DNA of 64,000 nt from Fusobacteriaceae bacterium. GTDB lineage: Bacteria; Fusobacteriota; Fusobacteriia; Fusobacteriales; Fusobacteriaceae. Under the pieces are notes generated by a model. That model did no database searches. It was given only the letters and a program-made list of their open reading frames with translations, and was not told the DNA's origin. How positions within the stretch are numbered: position 1 is the stretch's first letter; every line of letters begins with the position of its first letter. This document shows positions 21,729-32,701 of this stretch, piece after piece. Position numbers and translations under genes: made by a program. Location of the stretch: assembly GCA_051656905.1 (NCBI GenBank), contig JBOFJQ010000015.1, positions 66,861 through 130,860 of the forward strand, read 5' to 3'.

Positions 21729-21782
21729 GCGAAAAAAGAATGTTAACTTTTTTAATAAATAAAGTTGACATTCTTTTTTCGC
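21729..21782 (+). promoter_or_regulatory. BirA-operator-like inverted repeat overlapping the bio promoter
   Basis: TGTTAAC-N16-GTTGACA lies inside a 19-bp inverted repeat. It resembles the TGTtAAC-N(14-16)-GTTaACA biotin-regulon operator. It could also terminate the upstream gene. Confidence 0.5.
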
Positions 21783-21793
21783 TTTTATATAAT
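21765..21793 (+). promoter_or_regulatory. bio operon promoter
   Basis: TTGACA, a 17-nt spacer, then TATAAT. This is a perfect consensus read directly from the sequence. Confidence 0.6.
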
Positions 21794-21850
21794 TGAATAA
21801 AAGATCTATTTCTACAATAAAAATTTTAAAAATAAAAGGGGACGATACTG

Positions 21851-22507
21851 ATGAAAAGTTTTTTTATACTAGGGACTGATACAGATATAGGAAAAACATA
21901 TATAAGTTCATTGCTATATAAAGGTTTAAGGAAATATGGGTGTTCATATTATAAACCAGTTCAAAGTGGTGCTTTAAATAATAAATCTCCAGATGTTGAA
22001 TTTTTATGTAACTTTAACAACATTCCATATGATAATACATTATGTGGCTATAAATTTGAATATGAAGTATCGCCGCATTTAGCATCTGAAAAAGAAAATA
22101 GAACAATTGATAAATCAATAATATTAAAAAAAATAGATGAAAATAAAAATAAAAGTAAAAATAAATTTAATATAGTTGAAGGAGCTGGTGGAATATTTGT
22201 TCCTTTAATAAGAGGAAAATATTATAACTTTGACTTAATAAAAGATGCATCGCTTCCTGTTATCTTAGTTTGTTCAACAAAAGTAGGCTCTATTAATCAT
22301 ACGATGTTAACTTTAGAATTTTTAAAGAAAGAAAAAATAGATGTTCACGGATTAGTATTTAATAATTATACAGATAAAGAGTATGAAAAAGATAATATAA
22401 AAGTTATTTTAGAAGAAAGCTCAATAAAAAATTATTTAATAGTAAAATCAAAAGAGGAAGATATATTATCAGATAAATTAAAAAAATTTTTTAGAATAGA
22501 GGAGTAA
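21851..22507 (+). CDS. bioD: dethiobiotin synthase
   Basis: P-loop GTDTDIGKT and the EGAGG motif. Confidence 0.88.
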   Translation: MKSFFILGTDTDIGKTYISSLLYKGLRKYGCSYYKPVQSGALNNKSPDVEFLCNFNNIPYDNTLCGYKFEYEVSPHLASEKENRTIDKSIILKKIDENKNKSKNKFNIVEGAGGIFVPLIRGKYYNFDLIKDASLPVILVCSTKVGSINHTMLTLEFLKKEKIDVHGLVFNNYTDKEYEKDNIKVILEESSIKNYLIVKSKEEDILSDKLKKFFRIEE

Positions 22508-22512
22508 ATGAA

Positions 22513-23943
22513 ATGGAAAAGAAGCTAAGTGAATTACAAAAAAAAGATCTGAAATATATTTTCCACCCATGTTCTCAGATGAAAGATTATGAAGATTTAC
22601 CACCTATAGTTATAAAAAGTGGAGAAGGAGTATATTTAACAGATGAAAATGGAAAGAAATATATAGACTGTATCTCTAGTTGGTGGGTAAATCTTTTTGG
22701 ACATTCAAATCCAAGAATAAATAAAGCCCTTATAAATCAGGCAAATAAGCTAGAACACGTAATATTTGCTAATTTTACACATGAGGCAGCAATAGAATTA
22801 GGAGAAAGATTAGTAAAGGTATCTCCTAAAGGATTAAATAAAATTTTTTTTGGGGATAATGGGTCTTCTGCTATTGAAATAGCATTAAAGCTATCTTTTC
22901 AGTATCATCAACAAAGTGGCAATAAAGATAAGAAAAAGTTTATCTCATTATCAAATGGGTATCACGGAGAAACTCTAGGAGCATTAGGGGTTACAGATGT
23001 TGATTTATTTACAAATACATACAAACCATTAATAAAAGAAAGTATAAAAATTGAAGGACCTACATGCTCAAATTGCAAGTATAATGAAAATTTTCAGAGT
23101 TGTAGTGCTCAGTGTTTTGAAATTATGGAAAAAGCTATAGAGGGAAATCATAATGAAATTGCAGCTGTAATTATAGAACCAATGGTGCAAGGAGCAGCAG
23201 GAATGAATATGTATTCTGCTAACTATTTAAAAAAACTTAGGGAAATTACAGAAAAATATAATGTTCATTTCATAGCAGATGAGATAGCAATGGGATTTGG
23301 GAGAACTGGAAAAATGTTTGCAGTAGATCATGCAGGAATCTCACCAGATTTAATGTGTATAGGGAAAGGGTTAACGGCTGGATATTTACCTATGAGTATA
23401 GTAATGATGACAGATAAAATATATGATAATTTTTATAGTGATTATCTTCTAGGTAAGTCATTTTTACACTCTCATAGTTATTCTGGAAATGCTTTAGGAT
23501 GTGCAGTTGCTGTAGAAACTCTAAAGATATTTGAGGATGAAAATATTTTAGAAATAGTAAATGAAAAAGGTGAATATTTAAAGAAAAAAATGTTTGAAAT
23601 TTTTGGTAATCATGAGCAAATAAAAAGCTGTAGACAGATAGGATTAATTGGTGCAATGGAATTAAGAAATGAAAATTTAGAAGGGAAACTAGATGGAAAA
23701 TCTTTAAAAAATTATTCTAAAAGAGTAGGGTATGAAATTTATAAAATAGGATTAACAAAAGGAATAATATTAAGACCTTTAGGAAATGTAATATATTTTA
23801 TGCCACCTTATATAATTACAAAGGAGGAGATAGATTCAGTATTAACTAAGTGTAAAGAGTCTATTGATGAATATTATGGAACTATTTATAAAGAGAATAC
23901 TAAAATAGAAATAGATGAACATTTCATACCTTTCGAGGTATAA
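22513..23943 (+). CDS. bioA: adenosylmethionine-8-amino-7-oxononanoate aminotransferase
   Basis: Class-III aminotransferase with SSWW, ADEIAMGFGRTGK and bio operon context. Confidence 0.92.
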   Translation: MEKKLSELQKKDLKYIFHPCSQMKDYEDLPPIVIKSGEGVYLTDENGKKYIDCISSWWVNLFGHSNPRINKALINQANKLEHVIFANFTHEAAIELGERLVKVSPKGLNKIFFGDNGSSAIEIALKLSFQYHQQSGNKDKKKFISLSNGYHGETLGALGVTDVDLFTNTYKPLIKESIKIEGPTCSNCKYNENFQSCSAQCFEIMEKAIEGNHNEIAAVIIEPMVQGAAGMNMYSANYLKKLREITEKYNVHFIADEIAMGFGRTGKMFAVDHAGISPDLMCIGKGLTAGYLPMSIVMMTDKIYDNFYSDYLLGKSFLHSHSYSGNALGCAVAVETLKIFEDENILEIVNEKGEYLKKKMFEIFGNHEQIKSCRQIGLIGAMELRNENLEGKLDGKSLKNYSKRVGYEIYKIGLTKGIILRPLGNVIYFMPPYIITKEEIDSVLTKCKESIDEYYGTIYKENTKIEIDEHFIPFEV

Positions 23944-23956
23944 GTTGAGGTATAAA

Positions 23957-25066
23957 ATGATTGAAAGATTTGCAAAAGAGCTAGATGAAATAAGAAAAGA
24001 GAAAAGGTTTAGAGAGGTAAAAGTAATAGATAAAAATTTGATTAATTTATCATCTAATGACTATATATTTATAGGTAGTGATGCAAAAGTTAGAGAAGAT
24101 TTTTATAAGGAGTATGGAGGTTTAAATTTACCTTTTTCGTCATCATCATCAAGACTAATATCAGGAACTTTCAAAGGTATAGAGGAATTAGAGCTTGAAC
24201 TTTATAAAATCTATGGGAAGGAAAGTTTAGTTTTTAATAGTGGATTTGATGCTAATTCATGTTTTATAGAAACTGTATGTTCAAAAGATACATTAATAAT
24301 TACAGACAGATTAAATCATGCAAGTATATATAAAGGGATACTGGACTCTAAAATTAAATTTGTAACATATGAACATTTGAATATGGAGCACTTAAAGAAA
24401 TTGTTAATTAAGTACAGTGAAAAATATTCTGAAATATTGGTAATAACAGAGACAATTTATAGTATGGATGGAGATTATTGTAATTTAAAAAAACTCATAG
24501 AGTTAAAGAAAAAATATAAATTTAATCTTATGATAGATGAGGCTCACTCTTATGGTGTTTATGGGTATGGAATGGTATATGCTCATAAGCTATTAGAAGA
24601 GGTGGATCATATAGTTATCCCTTTAGGAAAGGGTGGAGGATCAATAGGAGCATATATTTTAACTGATAAAATAACTAGAGATTATTTGATAAATAAGGGA
24701 AAAAAATTTATTTATACAACAGCTTTACCCCCAATTAATATTGCGTGGAATCTATTTATTTTAAAAAATATGAATAAATTTAGTGATAATATAAAAAAAT
24801 TGCATAGGCTAAAATATTTTACTTTAAAAAATTTGAGAGAAAAAGGGATAAAAACATCTTCTAAAACTCATATAATATCAATAGTTATACCCGAAATAGA
24901 AAAATTAGAAAAAATTGTAGAAGAAGCCAAAGCAAAAGGATTTTTTATATACCCTGTAAAAGAACCAACAGTGCCAAAAGGTACTTCTAGAATTAGAATA
25001 GGACTAAATAGCAGTATTGAAAAATCAGAAATTCTAGATTTCTTAGAGATAATAACAAAAAATTAA
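23957..25066 (+). CDS. bioF: 8-amino-7-oxononanoate synthase
   Basis: Alpha-oxoamine synthase family (DEAHS...; PLP-lysine in the LGKGGGS region). I place the start at ATG 23957 (MIERFAKEL). Confidence 0.85.
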   Translation: MIERFAKELDEIRKEKRFREVKVIDKNLINLSSNDYIFIGSDAKVREDFYKEYGGLNLPFSSSSSRLISGTFKGIEELELELYKIYGKESLVFNSGFDANSCFIETVCSKDTLIITDRLNHASIYKGILDSKIKFVTYEHLNMEHLKKLLIKYSEKYSEILVITETIYSMDGDYCNLKKLIELKKKYKFNLMIDEAHSYGVYGYGMVYAHKLLEEVDHIVIPLGKGGGSIGAYILTDKITRDYLINKGKKFIYTTALPPINIAWNLFILKNMNKFSDNIKKLHRLKYFTLKNLREKGIKTSSKTHIISIVIPEIEKLEKIVEEAKAKGFFIYPVKEPTVPKGTSRIRIGLNSSIEKSEILDFLEIITKN

Positions 25067-25149
25067 AAAAAATAAAGAATAAATTAAAAATTAAAAATTA
25101 AAAACAAATAAATCGAAAACAAATAAATAAAATTTAAAAGGATTATATT

Positions 25150-25767
25150 ATGAAATTGATAATGTTTTTTAATGGTTGGGGAATGGATAAATCAATCCAC
25201 CCTGAAATAGATAAAAAAAATGAATATGAACTAATAAGTTTAAGTTTTCCATATACAATTTCCAATATAGATTTGCATAAATACGAGCATATTTATATTA
25301 TAGGGTGGTCTTTCGGAGTATATTATGCAAATATTTATTTAGAGAAAATAGAAAAAGAAAATTTAAAAAATATAACTTCCATAGCAATTAATGGAACCCC
25401 AGAAATTATAGGGAAAAATGGTATAAAAAAGAATATGATGAAGTATACACTGGATAATTTAACTCCAGAGTCACTTGAAAAATTTTATATGAATATGGAA
25501 CTGCCAAAACTATTAATGAATGTGGATAAAAATTTTACAGATATAAAGAATGAGCTTAAATATATTTTAGAAAATTATGAGGTTTTAAAGAATAATTTTC
25601 AAAAGGCAATAATTTCACAAGAGGATAGGATAGTATCTCCAGAAAATCAGAGAAAATACTTTACAGAAAATAATGTTGAGATAAAAGAGATTGCAGCAGG
25701 ACATTATCCTTTTGAATATTTTAGAAATTTTGAAGAAATATTAAATGGGTGGGGCTATGGAATTTAA
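25150..25767 (+). CDS. bioG: pimeloyl-ACP methyl ester esterase BioG (DUF452)
   Basis: Collinear with Haemophilus BioG as I recall it: FFNGWG, IIGWSFGV (nucleophile elbow), AINGT..., SQEDRIVSPENQ and GHYPF. Confidence 0.8.
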   Translation: MKLIMFFNGWGMDKSIHPEIDKKNEYELISLSFPYTISNIDLHKYEHIYIIGWSFGVYYANIYLEKIEKENLKNITSIAINGTPEIIGKNGIKKNMMKYTLDNLTPESLEKFYMNMELPKLLMNVDKNFTDIKNELKYILENYEVLKNNFQKAIISQEDRIVSPENQRKYFTENNVEIKEIAAGHYPFEYFRNFEEILNGWGYGI

Positions 25768-26419
25768 TAACTCATATGAGGTATATGATAAAAACGCAAT
25801 TATTCAAGAGAGTGTAGCAGAAAATCTTATAAGTTTTATAAAAGAAGATAGTAATTATAATAATGTTCTAGAATTAGGATGTGGAACTGGTATATTTACT
25901 AAAAAATTAATAAAAAAAATAAATTATAGGAGTATGGACTTGAATGATATTTTCGATACTAAAGAATATTTTAATAAAGAAATTTATAGAAAATATCTGA
26001 TTGGAGATATGGAAAGAATGGAGTTTGATTCTTACTCTTTGGTGACTTCTAGTTCTTGCTTACAGTGGGCAAAAGATTTAAAAGAGTTATTAAAAAAAAT
26101 TTCTAAGTGTACTGATAACTTTATTTTTTCTATTTATATTTCTGGAAATTTAAAAGAGATAAAAGAACATTTTAATATTTCATTAGATTATTTATCTATG
26201 GAAGAGATAGAGAGAGAATTGTCAAAATTATTTTTAAAAGTACAGTGTTATGAAGAGGAGCTAAAAATAGATTTTGAGACTCCATTATTAGCTTTAAAAC
26301 ATCTAAAAAACACAGGTGTTACAGGAATTGGAAGAGCCAAAATATCAGAAGTAAAAAACTTTACTTCAAAATCATTAACTTATAAAGTGGCGTATTTTAA
26401 GTGTTCAAATAGTATTTGA
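25745..26419 (+). CDS. bioC: malonyl-ACP O-methyltransferase
   Basis: SAM motif [15 protein letters not shown] and operon context. The start is uncertain (25745 or 25757) and overlaps the bioG end. Confidence 0.72.
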   Translation: MGGAMEFNNSYEVYDKNAIIQESVAENLISFIKEDSNYNNVLELGCGTGIFTKKLIKKINYRSMDLNDIFDTKEYFNKEIYRKYLIGDMERMEFDSYSLVTSSSCLQWAKDLKELLKKISKCTDNFIFSIYISGNLKEIKEHFNISLDYLSMEEIERELSKLFLKVQCYEEELKIDFETPLLALKHLKNTGVTGIGRAKISEVKNFTSKSLTYKVAYFKCSNSI

Positions 26420-26439
26420 AAATAGTTAGGAGGCTAATA

Positions 26440-27402
26440 ATGATAGAAAAATTAAAAAATAAAATTTTAATAGGGAAAGATATATCACAAGAAGAGGCTT
26501 TAATGCTTTTACAAGAACCTTTAGAAGAGTTATGTAAAAGTGCTAATGAAATTAGAGAAAAATTATGTGGGAATAATATAGATTTATGTACAATAGTTAA
26601 TGGTAAAAGTGGACGTTGTACAGAAAATTGTAAATTTTGTGCCCAGTCAAAATATTATAAAACAGGAATAGAAGAGTATCCTTTGATGTCTAGTGAAGAG
26701 ATTATAAAGTGGGGAAAATATAATGAAAATAAGGGTGTGAATAGATATTCTGTTGTAACATCTGGTAGAACTTTATCTGGTAATGACTTAGAAGAGTTAT
26801 GCAATAGTTATAGGAATCTTAAGGCAGAAAGTAACATTAAAATATGTGCCTCTCATGGGCTGCTAAATTATAATGAACTAAAAAAACTAAAGGACTCAGG
26901 AGTTACAAGATACCATAACAATTTAGAAACATCTGAGAAATATTTTAAAAATATATGTACAACTCACACATTCCAAGATAAAATAGATACAATAAAAGCT
27001 GCAAAATTATTAGGGTTAGAAGTTTGTAGCGGAGGTATATTTGGTTTAGGAGAAAAAATAGAAGATAGAATAGACATGTTTTTTTCTCTTAGAGAATTAG
27101 ATATAGATTCAATACCTATTAATATATTGAACCCAATACCTGGGACAGAATTTGAAACTAACTCAAAATTATCCTTAGATGAAATTAGACGTTCTATTGC
27201 AATAGCTAGATTTGTATTTCCTAAAAAGTATATAAGATTAGCAGGGGGAAGAGGGCTTTTTGATGACATGGGAGAATCTCTTTTTCTTTGTGGTATAAAC
27301 GCTATGATTACAGGAGATATGTTAACAACTAAAGGGATATCTATAGATGATGATATAAAAATAATAAAAAAACTAGGTTATGAGCATGATAATCTAAAAT
27401 AG
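26440..27402 (+). CDS. bioB: biotin synthase
   Basis: Radical-SAM [14 protein letters not shown]-like HNNLETS. Start at ATG 26440 after GGAGG. Confidence 0.93.
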   Translation: MIEKLKNKILIGKDISQEEALMLLQEPLEELCKSANEIREKLCGNNIDLCTIVNGKSGRCTENCKFCAQSKYYKTGIEEYPLMSSEEIIKWGKYNENKGVNRYSVVTSGRTLSGNDLEELCNSYRNLKAESNIKICASHGLLNYNELKKLKDSGVTRYHNNLETSEKYFKNICTTHTFQDKIDTIKAAKLLGLEVCSGGIFGLGEKIEDRIDMFFSLRELDIDSIPINILNPIPGTEFETNSKLSLDEIRRSIAIARFVFPKKYIRLAGGRGLFDDMGESLFLCGINAMITGDMLTTKGISIDDDIKIIKKLGYEHDNLK

Positions 27403-27413
27403 GGGAGAAATTT

Positions 27414-28745
27414 ATGAAGGGTGATATACTTTTAAATTTATATTTTATAGTTATATTGGCTATAGGATACAATTCAGTAAAGAAAATAAAGGGAAGTTCA
27501 GACTTTTTTTTAGCAAGTAAGAAAGCCGGAATTTTTGAAATAGCTGGAAGTTTACTTGCAACAATATTAGGAAGTTCTGCAATATTAGGAAGTGTTGCCT
27601 CAGCTTATAGTATAGGGTGGGCAGGGTCATGGTTTATGCTCTGTGCTTCTATTGGTCTTTTTATATTATTGCCTTTGATAAAGTATTTCAAAAATTTTAA
27701 AGGGTATAATTTACCTGAGTTAATGGGTGAATTTTATGGTGAAGAAGTAAAAAAAATATCTTCAATAATAATTGCAATAGCCTGGATAGGAATTGTCGCT
27801 GCTCAAATAATGGGGGCAGCTCAAGTAATTACTATTTTTTCAAGTTTTAACTATGAAACAGCAGTAATAGTAAGTGGAGTTACTTTTATTATTTATACTA
27901 TTTTAGGTGGACAATTTTCTATAATAAAAACAGATTGTATTCAGCTAGTTTTTATATTAATAGGATTGGTTGTTTGTTATTTATATACATCTACAGGGGC
28001 ATTAAGCTATTCTGCTCCAAGTCTAATTAATGAAAAATTTGGAAAAATAGATCTGTTAGTTATGCTGCTTACTTATTCATCAACTTTTTTTGTAGGGCCA
28101 GATATATACTCAAGAATTTTTTGTGCAAAAGATCAAGAAACAGCAAAAAAAGCAATTATTTTATCCATAGGAATATTAATACCTTTATCATTTATTTTAG
28201 CGAGTATTGGAGTGTATGCAGCAAATATATACCCAGAATTAAATACAACAAAAACCTCACCTTTACTATATGTTGTAGCAAATTCCTTACCTCCATATAT
28301 AAGTTTATTAATGTATTTTGGACTTTTATCAGCAGTGATATCGTCGGCAGATACTAGCTTATTAACATCTTCATCTATATTTGCTCAATTATTTACAGGA
28401 AATTTAAAAGATGTAAAATCTATAAAAGTAACAAGAATATTTATAGCTATATTTGGAGCTTTTTCTATAATTGTTGCAATAAAAATAAAATATATATTAA
28501 GTTCTTTGCTTTTAGCTTTATCAGTATATTCAGGAGCCTTAATTATTCCTTGTTTAGCAGGAATGCTAGGGTATCGTACTAGTAAAAAATATGTTTTATT
28601 AGCTATAGTAGTTGGGGGAGTTACAGCATTTATTGGAAAGGTATATAGTGGATCAAATGCAAATTATGTCTTAATCTTAGCATTTGTTTTGAACTCTCTA
28701 ATTTTATTTATTCCTAAATTAATAAGTAAAAAAGCAGTAATTTAA
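27414..28745 (+). CDS. sodium:solute symporter family (SSF) transporter, last gene of bio cluster
   Basis: 443 aa, about 12-13 TM, GSSDFFLASKKAG N-terminal motif typical of SSF (PanF/PutP-like). Confidence 0.75.
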   Translation: MKGDILLNLYFIVILAIGYNSVKKIKGSSDFFLASKKAGIFEIAGSLLATILGSSAILGSVASAYSIGWAGSWFMLCASIGLFILLPLIKYFKNFKGYNLPELMGEFYGEEVKKISSIIIAIAWIGIVAAQIMGAAQVITIFSSFNYETAVIVSGVTFIIYTILGGQFSIIKTDCIQLVFILIGLVVCYLYTSTGALSYSAPSLINEKFGKIDLLVMLLTYSSTFFVGPDIYSRIFCAKDQETAKKAIILSIGILIPLSFILASIGVYAANIYPELNTTKTSPLLYVVANSLPPYISLLMYFGLLSAVISSADTSLLTSSSIFAQLFTGNLKDVKSIKVTRIFIAIFGAFSIIVAIKIKYILSSLLLALSVYSGALIIPCLAGMLGYRTSKKYVLLAIVVGGVTAFIGKVYSGSNANYVLILAFVLNSLILFIPKLISKKAVI

Positions 28746-28828
28746 TATTAAGATAAGTAGAGGTTAACATAAATTATAATTTGAAATAGAGTATAGTGTA
28801 CAGAAATAAAAATCAAAAAATAGAAATA

Positions 28829-28869
28829 AAAAAAGGGTGGTCCGACTTAAGCCAGACCACCCTTTTTTT
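28829..28869. terminator. bidirectional rho-independent terminator
   Basis: gggtggtc cgacttaagcca gaccaccc flanked by an A-run and a T-run, between convergent genes. Confidence 0.8.
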
Positions 28870-28899
28870 ATAGTTAATTAAGAAGTTGGAAGCGATAAA

Positions 28900-30090
28900 T
28901 TATAATTTTGCTAACCCTTGCTCTAAATCAGCAATAATGTCATTAACATTTTCAAGACCTACAGAAAGACGGATAAGACCATCAGTAATTCCAGAATTTA
29001 ATCTTTCTTCTCTAGTATATGGAGAGTGAGTCATTGAAGCTGGGTGTTGAATAAGAGTTTCTGTGTCTCCTAAACTAACAGCTAATGAGCAAAGTTCTAA
29101 AGAATTAAGAAGTTTTTTACCTGCTTCTAATCCACCTTTGATTTCAAAAGCCATTATTCCACCAGAACAAGACATTTGTTTTTTAGCTATATCATGACCT
29201 GGATGCCCTTTTAATCCAGGGTAATAAACTGCATCTATTTTTGGATGTTTTTCTAAGAATTCTGCAACTTTCATAGCGTTAGAACAATGTCTTTCCATTC
29301 TAACTTCAAGAGTTTTAAGACCTCTTATAATTAAGTAAGCTTCAAAAGAACCAAGAACAGCACCAGTGAAATCTTTTAAACCTTCTAGTCTCATTTTTAA
29401 CATATCTTCTCCAGAACCAATTGCAAAACCTGCAATAACATCTCCATGACCATTTAGGTATTTTGTAGCAGAGTGAACAACTATATCTGCCCCAAAAGAG
29501 ATAGGATTTGTAATATATGGAGTAGCGAAAGTATTATCAACAACAATCTTAGTATTAGGTGCCTTTTCTTTAGCTATTTTAGCAACAGCAGCAATATCAA
29601 CTATTTTAAGATTAGGATTAGCTGGAGTTTCTAAATAAACAATTGATGTGTCAGGTCTTAAGTTAGATCTTACTTCATCTAAGTTACTCATATCTATAAA
29701 ACTTACATCTACACCAAATTTAGTCATACCATGAGAAAGAAGAGCATAAGTACAACCATATAAAGTTTTGTCAGCAAGAATATGCCCACCAGCTTTAGTA
29801 AAAGTCCAGAAAGTTGCAGCAATAGCTCCCATTCCTGATGCAAAAGAAACGCAAGCTTCACCTTTTTCAAGAATAGCCATTCTTTTTTCTAAAACATCTG
29901 TTGTAGGGTTTCCAAGTCTACTATAGATATGTCCCCCCTCTTCTAAAGCAAATCTTCTTCCACCTTGCTCAGCAGTATCAAAAATGAAAGTTGAAGTTTG
30001 ATAAATAGGTGTCGCTAAAGTTCCAAAAGGATTTTTTTCAGCACCACCATGTATAGTTGAAGTTCCAAAGCCACAATTCTTATGTTGCAT
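28900..30090 (-). CDS. Cys/Met-metabolism PLP enzyme, probably methionine gamma-lyase
   Basis: YSRLGNPT and SATKYLNGHGD (PLP-Lys) motifs. Start at ATG 30090 (MQHKNCGFG), 9 nt after AGGAG. Confidence 0.8.
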   Translation of the reverse strand: MQHKNCGFGTSTIHGGAEKNPFGTLATPIYQTSTFIFDTAEQGGRRFALEEGGHIYSRLGNPTTDVLEKRMAILEKGEACVSFASGMGAIAATFWTFTKAGGHILADKTLYGCTYALLSHGMTKFGVDVSFIDMSNLDEVRSNLRPDTSIVYLETPANPNLKIVDIAAVAKIAKEKAPNTKIVVDNTFATPYITNPISFGADIVVHSATKYLNGHGDVIAGFAIGSGEDMLKMRLEGLKDFTGAVLGSFEAYLIIRGLKTLEVRMERHCSNAMKVAEFLEKHPKIDAVYYPGLKGHPGHDIAKKQMSCSGGIMAFEIKGGLEAGKKLLNSLELCSLAVSLGDTETLIQHPASMTHSPYTREERLNSGITDGLIRLSVGLENVNDIIADLEQGLAKL

Positions 30091-30315
30091 TAATATCATC
30101 TCCTAAAATGTTTATTTTGTTTATAATATGTCTTAATTTTAGACATAAAACAATAAAAAAGCAATAGGATACAATTTAAAGTGTATCATGACACTTTTAT
30201 AATAATTTGTTTTATATGGCATTATAATACTAAATTTTTTTTAAGGTATTATTGATATAAAATAGGTAGTAGGATATAATAGAGTAGATTAATTAAAGAA
30301 TTGTGGGGGATAAAG

Positions 30316-31233
30316 ATGAAGATTAATTTAAACGCAATGGTCACAGAGGGTAGAAATAAAAATAGTATGAATATTGATACATTATCAACCCTTGAATTAG
30401 TAAAAATAATAAATGAAGAAGATAAAAAAGTTGCAGTAGCTGTGGAAGCTGAACTAAATAATGTAGCTAAATCTATAGATAAAATAGTAGACTCTTTTAA
30501 AAATGGAGGCAGACTTATTTATATTGGGGCTGGAACTAGTGGAAGACTAGGAATACTAGATGCCTCTGAATGTCCACCAACTTATGGAACATCTCCAGAG
30601 ATGGTTATAGGGATTATAGCTGGTGGAGAAAAAGCAATTCTTAAAGCGGTTGAGAATGCTGAGGATAATGAGGAATTATGTGTAGAGGATTTAAAAAAGA
30701 TTAATTTTAATAAAAAAGATATTCTAGTTGGAATTGCAGCTAGTGGAAGAACTCCATATGTTATGGGAGGATTAAAATATGCAAATAACTTAGGAGCGAC
30801 AACTGTTGGAATAAGTTGTAATCCTAATAGTATTATTGCTAAAACCGCAATAATAGCAATCTCTCCAATAGTTGGACCAGAAGTTGTGACAGGATCTTCT
30901 AGAATGAAAGCTGGTACAGCACAAAAACTTATTTTAAATATGTTAACAACAGGTTCTATGATAAAAATGGGAAAAGTCTACAGTAATTTAATGGTTGATG
31001 TAGAAGCTACTAATTTAAAGTTAGTAGAAAGACAGGGGAAAATAGTTGTAGATGCAACTGGATGTTCAAAAGAAGAGGCAGAAATAGCTTTAAGCAAATG
31101 TGATAGACATTGTAAAACTGCAATATTTATGATTCTTTCTGGTAAAAATGTTGAAGAAGCACAAGAGATACTAAAAAGAAATGAAGGGTATATTAGAAAA
31201 GCTTTAGAAGAGACTTATCAAGAAAAAAAATAG
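30316..31233 (+). CDS. murQ: N-acetylmuramic acid 6-phosphate etherase
   Basis: SIS domain, GAGTSGRLG and ASGRTPY motifs. Confidence 0.9.
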   Translation: MKINLNAMVTEGRNKNSMNIDTLSTLELVKIINEEDKKVAVAVEAELNNVAKSIDKIVDSFKNGGRLIYIGAGTSGRLGILDASECPPTYGTSPEMVIGIIAGGEKAILKAVENAEDNEELCVEDLKKINFNKKDILVGIAASGRTPYVMGGLKYANNLGATTVGISCNPNSIIAKTAIIAISPIVGPEVVTGSSRMKAGTAQKLILNMLTTGSMIKMGKVYSNLMVDVEATNLKLVERQGKIVVDATGCSKEEAEIALSKCDRHCKTAIFMILSGKNVEEAQEILKRNEGYIRKALEETYQEKK

Positions 31234-31247
31234 AAAATGGGGGAAAA

Positions 31248-32657
31248 ATGGATTATAAAAATTTGGTTTTGGAAATAATTAAAAATGTTGGGGGAAAAGA
31301 AAATATTTCAAATTATACATGTTGTATGACTAGGCTTAGAGTATCTATTATAGATTATAAAAAAATTCAAGTTGATAGTATAAGTAAAATAGATGGAGTT
31401 TTAGGTATAAAGGAAAATGGGGAAGAGTTACAGTTTATTGTAGGACCAGGAAAATCTAAAAAAGCTTACCAAGCTATGGAAGAGATAATGAATAGCTTTG
31501 AAATAGTAGAAAGAAATATTAATTCAGGTGCAGATTTTGAGAGTACAATAAAAGAGCAAAAGGAATCTATAAAATCTAAGAGAACTACAAAGTTTCAAGG
31601 GTTTATGTCTAAATTTGCAAATATATTTGTTCCATTAATTCCAGGATTTATAGCTTGTGGGCTTTTAGCAGGGTTGGCAGGACTATTTAAAGAGCTTGGA
31701 GTAAAAGGCCCTATTTTAGATTATATAAATGTTTTTAATAAATCTTTATCAACATTTATGTATATAATAATTGGATATAACGCAACTTTAGCTTTTGGTG
31801 GAACAGGAGCTTTAGGAGGTATACTTGCAGGATTATTTAAACTGACTTATGCCCAAGGTGGAACAAGTGGGATGCAAAATTTTATAGGAATGGAAGTAGA
31901 CCCTAGAGGTGGATTAATAGGAGTTTTAATAGCTGGAATTTTAGCGGCATATTTAGAGAAAACTATTAGAAAAAGATTCTCATGGGAACATACAGATATT
32001 ATAACTACACCAATATTAACTCTTTTAATAATGGGAGTTATAACTTTTGGACTTATAATGCCAGTTTCTTTTAAGCTGTTTACTGTTATGAGTTGGGCTT
32101 TTGCCACATTAAACTCAAGTCCAATAGGATGTGGAGTTTTAGCTGCTTTATTTTTACCATCAGTATTAATGGGAATTCATCAAGGGTTTGTACCAGTATA
32201 TGAGGGATTAGTAAAAACTGTGGGGATGAATACTCTTTTTCCTATACTTGGAATGGCAGGGGCAGGACAAGTTGGAGCAGCCTTAGCTCTATATATAAAA
32301 TCAGAAAAAGGTTCTAAATTAAGAGGAAATATAAGAGGAGCTATAATACCAGGAATATTAGGTGTTGGAGAACCATTAATATACGGAGTAACATTACCAA
32401 GAGTAAAACCATTTTTTACGTCAATGGCAGGTGGCGCAGTAGGAGGATTATATATCGGAATTCTTTCTAAATTTGGATTTAGTTTTGGACTTAATACTGT
32501 ATTTGGAGCTTCAGGAATATTAGGAGCTTTTGCTATGACATCACCTAAAGGTGTTGGGGTAGCAATTGGATTATATATATCAGCATTAATTGTTACCTAT
32601 ATATTTGGATTTATATTTACTTATTTTTGGGGAACAAAAGGTGTAGACTTATCTTAA
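31248..32657 (+). CDS. murP: PTS EIIBC component, likely MurNAc-specific
   Basis: EIIB active-site CMTRLR plus a polytopic EIIC domain, adjacent to murQ. Confidence 0.8.
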   Translation: MDYKNLVLEIIKNVGGKENISNYTCCMTRLRVSIIDYKKIQVDSISKIDGVLGIKENGEELQFIVGPGKSKKAYQAMEEIMNSFEIVERNINSGADFESTIKEQKESIKSKRTTKFQGFMSKFANIFVPLIPGFIACGLLAGLAGLFKELGVKGPILDYINVFNKSLSTFMYIIIGYNATLAFGGTGALGGILAGLFKLTYAQGGTSGMQNFIGMEVDPRGGLIGVLIAGILAAYLEKTIRKRFSWEHTDIITTPILTLLIMGVITFGLIMPVSFKLFTVMSWAFATLNSSPIGCGVLAALFLPSVLMGIHQGFVPVYEGLVKTVGMNTLFPILGMAGAGQVGAALALYIKSEKGSKLRGNIRGAIIPGILGVGEPLIYGVTLPRVKPFFTSMAGGAVGGLYIGILSKFGFSFGLNTVFGASGILGAFAMTSPKGVGVAIGLYISALIVTYIFGFIFTYFWGTKGVDLS

Positions 32658-32701
32658 ACTAAAATTAAAATAAAAATTTGTAAGAATAAAGAGGTATAAA
32701 A

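Noticed and set aside
25067-25149. A-rich repeats (aattaaaaattaaaaattaaaaac...) between bioF and bioG
   Set aside because: This is low-complexity A/T sequence with irregular units and no evidence of function.
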